Of a stretch of DNA of 64,000 nt, positions 49,539-60,602 are shown piece after piece. Both the position numbers and the translations under genes were made by a program. Origin of the DNA: Vitrella brassicaformis CCMP3155. Taxonomy: Eukaryota > Protista > Chromerida. Numbering within the stretch: the first letter of the stretch is position 1; each line of letters starts with the position of its first letter. The stretch spans positions 124,001 through 188,000 of the forward strand of contig CDMY01000336.1 in assembly GCA_001179505.1 (NCBI GenBank), given 5' to 3'. The notes under the pieces were generated by a model, which saw only the letters and a program-made list of their open reading frames with translations, was not told the origin of the DNA and searched no databases.

Positions 49539-51278
49539 ATGAGTGAGGCGGGCGCAGCTCTGCCCCTCGACTGGGTCGAACACAGCAGGGACAACGTTGC
49601 CGTCAGTCTTCCAAGTATGTCACTGGCTGCGGGCATCCTCTCGCGCACTTTCACTCGACCCCAGCAGGTGACGGAGCTCATTCGACAGCAGGGAGCCGAC
49701 CCCAATGCGCAGCCCCAGCTACGGATGGAGGGCACCACGGGAGGCTTCACACCCTATCCGCTGCTGTCCCTGTGCATCGGCAACCTCACCGACAACCGCA
49801 TCCCGTCCATCTGGGCAGCAGACGGCGATGATGAGGAGCCTCCCGTCGCTTTGCCGCAGTGGTCGTCACCCGACCTGCAGGAGGCCATCATGAAAGCACT
49901 CATCGAGGGAGGTGCGGACATCAACGCCATCCCGACCAACGAGGCGGGTGTGGACTGCCCGGGTACCACGCCCGTCCGTGTGGCCATCAAAGCCTGCAAC
50001 GAGAAGGCCTTCCGTCTGCTCATGGCGCAAGGTGGGCTGCTGCTAGGGGGCCGTAAGGTGATGCTGCTGCCATGGACACTGGACACGGACCGGCCCACCG
50101 AGGACCACGAGGCCACCCTGCTGTCCTTCTACCAGCAACTCATCCGCCGCGACCCCACCCTCGCAACCGAGACTGCTGCGCGGTATGCCGGCAATCCGCT
50201 GCATTGGGCGGCCGCCACCGATCTCGTATGGTCGCAGTCTTTCATCGACAGCTACATCGACCTGTTGGTGGCCAATGGGGCGGACATGACGGCAGTGGAC
50301 ATCAACGACTGGACGCCATTGGACTGCGCGGCAATATGGGGGGACCACCGTGCGGCTGCCTCCCTGTGCCGCCGCCTCTCGTCTGCCGACATCAACAGAG
50401 GGACCCCCAATGACCCCAATGACACGCCTCTCACTGCTGCTGCCTGGATGCTCGATGACAAGACTCAGCTGCTGGACGACGACACTGCGGAGGAGGCAGA
50501 CAAGGATCAAGCCAGAGCCCGGATTCCCCATCTCAAGAGCACCATCCGTGTCCTGCTGCAGGCGGGGGCCGACATCGCCCGGCTGCCCACGGGCACCGAG
50601 GGGCACCGCCGTCGTCGGCGTCTGGTGCTGCCCGAATACAAGATGGTGCTCAACGAGGTGCCCGACGTGGTCGTGTCGGCTGTCAACGCCGCCCTGCGAC
50701 CTCAGCGCGACCACTCGATGCTGCTCGCCCGTCTGCTGCCCCTGGCGCCCCACCACGACGGCCCTTCCACCCACCCATCGCCCTCCAGCCTCTCATTCGG
50801 CCCACAGGAGGCAGAGGCCGTCGGCTGGAAGATCGGCTCCTTCCTGCACGAGCCACACACCGCCATGGCGACCATCGATGGGTACCTGATGGGCGAGTCG
50901 CTGCTGAAGCGCCGTGTCATTGCGGCCGTGGCGCATTTCGTGACGCAAGCGGCCACACGGACGACCAGCAATCGGGAGGTGGTCGGGGGGAGCCGGCACG
51001 TGCAGCACGAGGGAGACGCGGAGAGCACCAAAGTGACGGTCCCGCCCCTACAGTGCTTCGCCGTCAATGGGGGACAGCAGGGGGGCGGGCAGCATCGTGT
51101 GTTGGGTGTGCGTGAGGTGGTGCACAAGGCTCGGCTGGACGAGGCGGCCCAGCACGGCGTGGAGGGGGTGGTCAAGGGCTTCAGCACCCACCTCGGCGAT
51201 AAGGACTGCCAGTTCCAGTGGCAGCAGCTGGGGTACATCAACAGGCGGGGGCAGTTTGTGTCGCTGGGCATCAACTGA
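49539..51278 (+). CDS. Intronless ankyrin-repeat protein of the expanded Vitrella-type family
   Basis: 579-codon ORF with GADPNA, GGADINA, TTPVRVA, NPLHWAA, NGADMTAVDINDWTPLDCAA and DTPLTAAA ankyrin motifs. Confidence 0.88.
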   Translation: MSEAGAALPLDWVEHSRDNVAVSLPSMSLAAGILSRTFTRPQQVTELIRQQGADPNAQPQLRMEGTTGGFTPYPLLSLCIGNLTDNRIPSIWAADGDDEEPPVALPQWSSPDLQEAIMKALIEGGADINAIPTNEAGVDCPGTTPVRVAIKACNEKAFRLLMAQGGLLLGGRKVMLLPWTLDTDRPTEDHEATLLSFYQQLIRRDPTLATETAARYAGNPLHWAAATDLVWSQSFIDSYIDLLVANGADMTAVDINDWTPLDCAAIWGDHRAAASLCRRLSSADINRGTPNDPNDTPLTAAAWMLDDKTQLLDDDTAEEADKDQARARIPHLKSTIRVLLQAGADIARLPTGTEGHRRRRRLVLPEYKMVLNEVPDVVVSAVNAALRPQRDHSMLLARLLPLAPHHDGPSTHPSPSSLSFGPQEAEAVGWKIGSFLHEPHTAMATIDGYLMGESLLKRRVIAAVAHFVTQAATRTTSNREVVGGSRHVQHEGDAESTKVTVPPLQCFAVNGGQQGGGQHRVLGVREVVHKARLDEAAQHGVEGVVKGFSTHLGDKDCQFQWQQLGYINRRGQFVSLGIN

Positions 51279-51995
51279 CGGCCGTGTTGCCAGTAGCTAT
51301 GTTGTTATAGGGGAAAGGGTGAGGACAGAACGGCTCCACTGTCGCGGCTCTATAACCCGTGATAATGGGCGTGATAATTTTGTTGCGTGATAATGGGTGT
51401 AAGATGTGGCGGTGAAAGACAAGTGCCCGGCTGTTTTGTTTTGAGGAGTTTCAGAATCTGAGCATGTGAGCGATAAATCTCATTGACCATACAGAACTCA
51501 AAAATGAGACGATCTGTATGATGGAACTCTGCCTCAGCTGCTGGCAAGGCAATTCATACCACACGTGTCGAAGGGGTGAAGAAGCGGATTGACTGAAGAC
51601 TGGTTTTGATACTGACCACTCATCACCAGAGTTGCGCACTGTACATGTCTCTCCCCCCTGGATGGTATGCCTCGTTTGAGGTCACCACCTCCCTTCATCT
51701 TGGAGGATATTGGGATCTGCTGAGAACGACCGACCCAGCCCATGCAAGGAGAGAGACGCATTCATGCGCTTTTCTCAGATTCAACCGACCACCCCAAGGC
51801 TCTGCTCTTGCTGTTTCCCTGACTCTCACCGTACGGCTGCACTGCCGCACGTCCGTGTGCGGTGCGACAGATAGACAGCGTAGGCTGGATGGATGAAGGC
51901 CAGTCAGGTCCAATCAAGAGGGAGCAGCAAGACGCTCCACAACCAGCCAGACAATCAGATAGCAGACATCGCGACCATCCGTGCATCCATTGGCA

Positions 51996-52044
51996 GAGGT
52001 CGCCAGCAAGTGATAGGCTGAGGTCGCCAGCAAGTGATAGGCTG
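51996..52044 (+). repeat. 24-bp perfect tandem duplication
   Basis: GAGGTCGCCAGCAAGTGATAGGCT occurs twice in succession. Confidence 0.9.
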
Positions 52045-53395
52045 CATGCAGCACTCCTCTCGCATCTCAGACAGACAGACAGACAGTACTTACGTTACTT
52101 TACGGTACCGATACAATGAAATCCACTCAGCTAGCCAGTAGCCGTCCATCCCCGTTGCCTTTTCCCTCGCCCCCTCCCCTGTAGGATAGATACGATTTGG
52201 TACGGTAGGATACGATACGATATACAGAATGCATACTTACTGACGGCTATGTATACGTACAGGTCTACGTATGAGCAATCACGGCGCAGGGACGAGTCAG
52301 TCTGACAGACAGACAGATAGTAAGTCGAGTAGGTGAATGAGTAGGAAGGGTAGTGTAGGTGAGTGGAGTCAGTCAGTCAGTGGGATGACAGCGTGGATTG
52401 CATGCAGGTCTGCATGTCTGTCTTATTTATTGCCGAGGCGGGCCGCGATTAGCGGCCCACCCCTTCAAACTCACGACAAGATTGCAAATTACACAGCACC
52501 GACCGACAGGTGGGACAAATACACACGCACCCACACGCCCACTTGATCCAAGTGAGTGCGCACTCGCACGCCCACGGGCAGAGAGAGAGAGAAAGGGAGA
52601 GATGCAGTGGTGAGGCAGAGCGCCCATGTGTCGTGCCTCCTCTCCCTCGACCCGCCCCGCCCTCATCGATGCCTTAAAACAGAAAGAAAAGTAACACAAA
52701 AATATCCATCACGAACGTGAAAGCAAAAACGAGAGACGACTAGAAATAGTGCATACATACACACAAGAGAGCGATAAGGCGCCTGGCCAGCTCAGCTCCA
52801 TCCATGTGAATCGTCGATTCAGCACAGAAGGGGTCAATCAAGCTGACCATTACCATTCGGAAGACAATTACGGAAATTCCGCTGAGAAGATAAGAGAGGA
52901 GAGGAGAGGAGAAGAGAAGATGATATAAGATAAGAGAAGAGAAGAGGCGGCAATAGATGCACGAGAGAGAAGTCCGTAGAGAGGTGGAAGCAAGCACAGT
53001 TGTCAGTCAGTCAGTCGCTTGATCAAGAGCCAAGCGACCAAAATAATAATATAATCGTCCCCTTCCCCAGTTTGCAAAGTCGGCCCGCTCTTCCCCCGCG
53101 CCACGCCACGCCACGCCACGCCATTCTTTAAAAGACAGCTTCCTTGATGCACACAGGTACGAAAGGGACGGCCAGCCACCGGTCGGTCGACACATTCTAG
53201 CCGCCTATTCTGTTGCGACACTTGTCATCAAGCCAGGCTCTGCTCTGATCCGAGCAACAGCATAGTCAGTCAGCCACTCAGCCGCTCACCCGACCCGACA
53301 ACGACAAAGTGAAAACACAGCAAATCATACAAACAAACATACAAACAAACAGGCCCACCTCCCAGCCGTGTGTAATCCATCCATTAAGTCAGCAC

Positions 53396-56300
53396 TCAGG
53401 AGGCCTTGGCCTGCGGCTCCGCCCCAATGAACCCCTCGGCCATCTGGTCGTCCTCCTTTTGCTGTTGCTGCTCCTCCTGCTGCCGTCGCGCCTTATCCTG
53501 CCCAACCACGTCACCACCCGTGTGTGCCACATGGTGACCCTGGGCCTCCGTCGGGCTGACGCCACCCAGGTATCCAGCCGTGGCCCTCGACGATACTGGC
53601 GACACACCACTCACAAACGACGCACCAGCAGGGGCAACGGCGGCGGCAGCAGCAGCAGCGGTAGATGAAGCCTCATCTACCATCTGGTTGCTGGCAACTG
53701 CGGCAGCGTGCATGTCACCCACACCGACACCGAATGCTGCCATGCCGACGGGCAGGGAAGGCGCGCCGCCGCCCACCACCCCCGTGTGTGAGTGGTCAGA
53801 CATCGCTGCCGCCTTTTCGGCGTGGTCGTCCCCATGCAGGGGCACTGAGCCGGGGCTGCTGCACGTCTGCGCAGTGGTCGACTGGCCGTCCTGACCGGCG
53901 GCACCCATCAGCTGGTCCAGAGATCCGACGGACGGGGCGGATGCCGTGGCCGCTGCTGCTGCCGCGATGCACTCCGGGGGCATGTCCTGCTCGATTGGTG
54001 GGAAGTTGGGTGCGAGGTTGGGGTCTTTGAGCGAGTGGAGGGGCGGGTAGTTGCCCCAGTTGGTGTCGTGTGTCTTCTTGCCGACGCAGGGCTTGTCGCA
54101 GAAGGACAGGTAGATCAACGGACGCCAAGATGCATCCTGTAGGGAGCACACCGAACACAGAAACGGACCAGGCCAGGGGTGTCTGGTTTGGCTTGGCTTG
54201 GTGTGGTGTGGTGGTGGGACTGCTTTCTTTGCTCACAATGTGTCGGGTGCCTCTGTGTCGCGTCAGGTTGTCCATGAGGATGACGTCGCCCATGCGAGCG
54301 CGAGAATGCACAGTGCCCCTGGCAGACCCTGAACAGCCAAACATACATACACACACACATGAATATCATCCGCAGAGATGGGGCCATCACCCACCCACCC
54401 ACCCACCCACCCAAACTCACCTGGTATCTTGAACTCGGTGCCGCTGTTGGTCTCGGTGATGTCCACCAGCGGCACAAAACCAGTCACTATGTTCCTGCAC
54501 ACAACACACACACACACACACACACACAGAGGCAAGCAGCGAACGAACATACAAACCATCCCCAGACGCCGTCAGTACACGCACACACGCACACACGAGT
54601 CCACCACATTTCAGGCCTGGCTAGGTGGTCGTCAAGCTGTCTGCAGCCAGCCGGCTGGCCGGCGTCTCAAACCTAATACTAAGGCGAGACGCGGCGGCCG
54701 GGCCGGCCACTCGACCAGTCCGATGCATTCATGTGTCATCATGCGTGGCGTGCGGGTGTGGTGTGCGCCCCGTCCACGAGTGTGTGTGTGACTGCTCTGC
54801 TCACGTGTCTAGGTCCGAGAAGTAGTCGTTGTGGTACTTCTGGTCGTGCTGGTGGGGGCCGCGGGACATGATGTAACCTGCATCACACACACATACACAT
54901 ACACATACACACAGGAGTCACCATTGCCGGTGCGTGGGTTGGTGTGTGACAGACAGAGAAGAGAGGCGCACCGAGTGTGATGCGCCGCCAGACTGAGTGG
55001 TCCTCGCTTGTCGGCCACGTCTGAAACTCACTGATGACACCACACGCATTGAAGCGTCACTGTGCTGCCCTCCTGGCCTTCATTGCCTCTCAGTCAGCTG
55101 TGAGTGTATGTATACCTCTTGATAGCTTCCATGAAGAGTTTCTCGATGCCCTTGAAGGCCGCCAGGATCTTCTCGTGAAGCGCACCCAACTCACCTACAC
55201 CCACACGAACCACCCGGATCAATCAAGAGAGCAGAGCACCATGACGGATGCCCCTGGCCTCCAGACAGCGACAGCTCCTCTGTGCGTGCGTACCGATATG
55301 TCGCGTGTGGGACAGGTTGACGTCAATCCGCCTGAGTGGTGAGAAGTGAGTGGCTGGAAAGGTGCGAGCCTGTCTGTGTATGTGTGTCTTTACCCGGTGG
55401 TGCCTCTGCACGCGATGCTGTTGTACTTGAAAGGCATGTTGACATCCGTCACTTGGCCAACACTGCACAAAGAAAGACAGACACAGACGAGTGTGGTGGT
55501 GCGTTGGATGGATGGATGCCTGCACTGCAGCACTTGGGCTGGCTCACTAGTGCAGCAGCGTGGAGAAGTGCCTGATGACAAGGTTCTGCAGGTACTGGAT
55601 GAGCGCCGTCGACACACGCTGCTGATACCACTGCACGCCATCCCTGCACACACACACACACATTGTTACGCCAGCCATGCGCTGCCTGAGTGCATTCACA
55701 CACACATGGCCATCCCTCCCTACCTGAGGAGGAAGCAGTCGGTGAGGTCTGTCTGGAAGCTGGAGCTAAAAATATGCACCGGGTTCCGCAGCGCCTGCCC
55801 ACAGGTCTCCCCCACGAACCGCTTCCGCGACAAGATCATGTCCTCGGGGCTAACGTCCGCCCACATCGAGGGGTGGATGCCCCCAAACTCCCCACCCTCA
55901 CCACGCACCCTCCCCACCTCAGCCATCTTCGTGAACACGTCCCTCTTGACTCCTGTCCGCGGCGCCGTGGGCCTCGCCCTCCCGCGCCCAGCACCGCCAT
56001 GGCCATGGCCGCCCGTGGATCGTGTGGGACTGGATCGGGGCGAAGGGGAGGTCTCCGTCTTGAGTGTGGGCATCGGCAGCGTGGGTGCGGGTGGTTGGTT
56101 GTCTGCGAAGAAGACGGCCGGCAGCTGCGGCCGGTTCGTCTCCTCCGCCCTCCTGCGCTTGCGGCGTGACCAGCCGCCCCGCAGTCGGCTGGTCTTGCCC
56201 CTGCGACTCCTGCCAGTTGTGGACGTGGCCGTGCCGTCGATGGGCGTCGTCATGGGGATGAGCTCCTTCTTGCTCGCAGCTGCGATGATCTCCTGAAACG

Positions 56301-58420
56301 GCAAACCGGCCGGGGCGCTGGGCTCCGGTGATGCGGCCATCTGGTCGGCCGGATCCTGCTCCTGCTCCTGCTGCTGCTGCTGCTGCTGGGTGTCGGGTGC
56401 GATGAAGTGGCCCTGCCCCTCCGCCTCTGGCTGCTGCTCCTGCTGGTGCTGCTGCTGCTCTGTGTCCCGGTCCATGCCTTGGTCGGGGGAAGGTTGCCGC
56501 TGCGGGACCGTGGGACTGGCGCTGCTGTTGATGATGTGGTCGATGTGGATCTGCACCGCCACATCCCACACACCAAACAGGTGGGCGCACTGCAGCAGCT
56601 GAGGGATCGACGCACGGCGCAAGTCCAGGCCCTGGAGGCCGGCCTGCTGCATCATGACGTCGGTCTCTGCCCGATGGGTCTGGCGGTGCTCGCGTATGAG
56701 CTGCAGCAGCCTCGCGCGGCCCTTGTTGCCGATTCGCAGAGTCATGCCCTGGGTGTAGGGGATGTCGCTGGGAGAGAGGTTGCAGGGCACCGACGACGAC
56801 AGCTCCTCACTGACCCGCTCCTCCCCCGCCCCTCCGCACACTTGCATGGCCTTGTCCAGCCCACAGAAGGCCGGCGGCTGCCCCTCCATGGCAACGGGGA
56901 ATGACGCACCGGGCGGGCTGGCCATTGCCGTTGCTGCATCAGTCGCCATGGGTTGTGGGGGTGGGCCCATCCATTCTGACGGCGGTGCTGGTGCCGCATC
57001 GCCCGCCTCGGAAGCAGGGTCGCTCGGGACAGGAACCGATGCAGGCGCCACCCCGCACATGCGGCCGTATGACTCACCCGGAATGCCCGACATCAGCGGC
57101 ACACCCATCGCTGTGGGAGTATTGCACGACGGCACCGCAAGCAGCTGGCTCGGGTCGTCTCCCCCCACCAGCGTGTTGCTCTCACTGCCCTCAGCCCTCG
57201 ATGGCGATTTGTCGGTCGTCGAGCGCGCTGGCGGTTTGGTGCGCTGCTTTGCCCGTGGCGGCCTATGTCGTGGCTTGGCTGGCTGTGGAACGGGCAGCTC
57301 TGCGGGCTCCTGGGGAGGTGTGGGGACCGGGGGGATGAGGGTGCCGTCGGGCATGGGCTTGCCCGTCGTGACGGCGGTGCCTCGCGCTGTGAAGTACTGC
57401 TGGCAGATCTCCATCCAGTCGGGGGACGTCTGCCACATCTGAGAGAAGAGAAGATCCACACACACAGCATCATGAGAATGAGGCAGGGAGGGACATGTGT
57501 GTGTGTGTGTGTCTGTGTGTGACCTGGAATCCTGTGAAGTTGAGGGCCTGTTTGGTGTGTTTGTTCTGCTTGACCCCTTGGTGGTTGTTGACGTATGCCG
57601 CACAGACCTCAGGAAACTGACCGAAACACCGCGTCAGCGCCAGGATGAGGGCACTGACCTGCTCCCAGTATCCCGTCCCCCACAGACACCGCACGTCGGC
57701 CACACGCTCGCCCTGCCACTCAATCACCTCCACCAGACACCCGCCCACCACATCCCTCTCCTCCCGTCCTGGCGGCTTCCTCTCCTGTTTGTGGCTGACG
57801 GCTGGGGATGGGGAGGGGTCCGTGTCGGTGTGTCGGGGGGAGGGGGACGGCGAGGGCGAGGGAGAGATGGGGGTCTCCTCCTCGAGCAGCACGATGACGC
57901 CCTCCATGTGTTCACACATCTCGGGCTTGCGCATGTCCGCAATGCTACCAAGCAGACAGACAACCATAGCACACAGAGAGGACGGACGGACAGCCGATGA
58001 ATCAATCCGTTGTTTGTTCCCCTTCTCCCTTCCTGTTCCGTCAGCCTCTTACGCGTATATGAGCTGCACCGGCACGACCCTGCCCCTCCGCTGGAGAATG
58101 GTCAGCAGCCTCTCGGCAAACTGGGGGTTAGGCGCCGGCTCGATGACGGGCAGCAGGTCGTGCTGCTTGGCCAGCCGAATCATCTTGTGGTACGCCGAGA
58201 GCAACTCCTGGTAGTCATCCGGCCGCTGGTAGGTGGCCTTCATCAGGGGGTCGGTCGCCACAAAGGCGCGAGGGGGAGCGGGCGGGGGGCCCTTGCGCTT
58301 CCTGCCGCTGCGAGTCGACGGGCCGTCGTAGTAGATGACGTCGTTCTCTGAGGTCTTGTCGCTGTCATTCTCGAGACCAGCGTAGTCCATTCTCTTCTTC
58401 TCACGCATGTGGTACGCCAT
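53396..58420 (-). CDS. Multidomain protein: GNAT-like region, Pro/Gln-rich linker, small helical domain, basic NLS-like patches, PhyH-like 2OG-Fe(II) dioxygenase
   Basis: Phase-consistent exon chain gives CFLLRDGVQW...RGTTGRID...GYIMSRGPHQHDQKYHND...IVTGFVPLVDITETNSGTEF...GDVILMDNLTRHRG...RPLIYLSF, i.e. HxD...H plus the 2OG-binding Arg. Confidence 0.82.
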
Positions 58421-58807
58421 GGTCCTCCAAGGTGGTGGTCCTCACCCCTAGGTCCTCACACCGATGGATAAGTGGAGGGCGAGAGGCAGCAAAACGGGAC
58501 ACCGGGGGGATCTTACGGTCACAGGGATGAGTCGAGGGGGGCGTGGGCTACACCGGCAGATGCCCTCTGGCCAGATGCATGAGTCGGGGGGCCGAAAGAG
58601 AGAGGGAGTTCGCTGATCTCGTCGTGAGAGTGGGGTGGGTCAACGACAGACCGGAATGACGTCCCAGACAACCCAAACGGAGCAACAGCTGCTCTGCATC
58701 GATATCAGCGCCCACATGCTTCCTCCGCCTCTCACGCAAGCTCGCAGGAGAATTTCCGCGAAAACTGTTCGCCCTAACCCAAGCATTCTTCAACGCAATC
58801 CAACTTG

Positions 58808-59890
58808 ATGGCGCTGTGGATGGTCCCCGCAATTCTTCCTGTTGCGCACGGATCTTCCTCAGTCGGCTTCATCCACCACAGCGGTCGGCCACGGCTGCAG
58901 AAGAGGTTAACAGCGCTTCAGCGTGCCAGGACCAGAAGGCGGCAGCGAGCCACCTTATCGGCGGACGAGAGCTGGGAAGGCTTCGAGTACGGCGAAACAA
59001 ACTGGTTCCTGGATGATGGCGGCTCTTCCGAGGTGGACAATGTTGCCGTATCGATGCATGACGAGCCACAGGGCTTCGATTACGAGTCAGCCGTGGAGGC
59101 GCTTTCACCTCTTGTGAGCCCAGATCGGCTGGAGCGCCTGCAGACCGTCATCAGGTGAGGGAAGGAGCTAGGCAGACATCAATCCCTGCCTCTGTGTGTG
59201 TGTGATGTGTCTGTCCATCTGCTGTCGTGCAGTCAGCGGACGAACCACTGCCAGTTCGTGTTTGAGGCGCCCACAAATCCCAACAACGTCTGGGCCTGCC
59301 TGAGGACTCTCGACTCATTCGGCATCCAGCACACGTCCGTCATCCGACGGCCGGGGGGATACGACCGCCAGAGAGACATCAACGGCAATATGAACGTCGC
59401 ACTTGGGTCCTCACAGTGGCTGAGCATGCAGGAGTTCCAGTCAGCCAGTGAGGCTATCGGCCAGCTGAAGGACCGGGGGGTGCGGGTCTACGCCTCTGAC
59501 CTGCAGGAGGACTCAACGGCCTTGACGTCGTTGGACGTTTCGCAGCCTTTTACGATTGTCCTGGGTAATGAGAGGACCGGCATCAGTGAGGAGATGCGGG
59601 GATTGGCCGACGAGACGTTCTTTGTGCCGATGCGGGGGTTCGCGGAGAGCTTCAATCTGTCTGTTGCGTGTGCCGTCACGTGTGCATATCTGTCGCAAAT
59701 GGGTGGGCTGAAGTGGGGGGACCTGAGTGAGGGGGAGAGGGCTGCGGTGATGACTGAGTGGCTGATGCGGTGTGTGCCGGGCAGCCAGCAAGTGCTCGAG
59801 AGGAAGGGCCTGCGTGTGCCTGAGAGGTTGAGAAGGACGCGGCAGAGGCTGTTGGGGTGTGAGGGCGTCAGGAAGAGACGCATAATGTGA
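58808..59890 (+). CDS. trmH: SpoU/TrmH-family RNA 2'-O-methyltransferase (tRNA Gm18-like), organellar presequence
   Basis: SPOUT motifs NPNNVWACLRTLDSFG, VLGNERTGIS and PMRGFAESFNLSVA; N-terminal signal-like plus R/S-rich segment; one intron. Confidence 0.88.
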
Positions 59891-60602
59891 CCGTTTGACA
59901 TGTGATGTCACTTCATCGCATCGAAGGTGTGCCTCCACGCACACGCACACCCATAACTCTATCCATCCATCCATCCATGGCTCCATGGCTACAGGGCGGG
60001 CCTGTCCCCGCCCGCCACTAGTCAGTCAGTCAAGTCAGTCACCCCGCACACACATCGACTCGACGTAGGTACGCATATATCTTCTGTACGAGTAGTAAGG
60101 ATGTGTGACTCGACTGACTCGCCAAACTGAGGAAAAAAGCGCCGCCCAGACGTCCGTCCCCAGCACACGCATGCAGCCAGCAACGCAGCAAGGTCTAGCT
60201 ATCCACCGGAAGATTGAGCATCGACACCAGACAAATAGCGTGTGTATGGTATGCACGGGTCAGCCAGCCAGCCACGTAAAAACTGTGAACGCGGCGAGAG
60301 AATAGTGAGCCAGGGAGGATTCTGCCTGCCTGCCTGCCGGGCCGGGCGTCCGCGTTGGTGTGGGCAGGCACCGCACCCAGACAGGGGAGCAGGCAGGCGA
60401 GCGAAGAAAGCGACCGAGGTTAGTCATGAGTAAGTGGGTATACACAGACGGACGGCCACACGGGGCGGGGCGGGGGTGGGTAAGGGGTAATGCAGTCAAC
60501 GTGTGTGGGGGGAAGGGGGAATGCAGAAGAAAAGAGAGCCAAGATGAAAATGACCGACCGACCGACCGACCCGCTCCATTCCATTCCATTCCATCTCGTT
60601 CA

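Noticed and set aside
50043-50774. 243-aa antisense ORF over the ankyrin gene, and similar long antisense ORFs elsewhere
   Set aside because: Expected shadow ORFs of GC-rich coding sequence; no independent motifs.
51400-51900. Repeat-poor stretch with short minus-strand ORFs as a possible TE remnant
   Set aside because: No recognisable transposase, integrase or RT motif and no terminal repeats.
51996-52044. Direct repeat as a possible CRISPR-like array
   Set aside because: Two adjacent copies with no spacer, in a eukaryotic context with no cas genes.
54605-54680. Possible poison exon with an in-frame TAG inside the dioxygenase intron
   Set aside because: Splice signals are weak and skipping gives a clean in-frame product; cannot be supported without RNA-seq.
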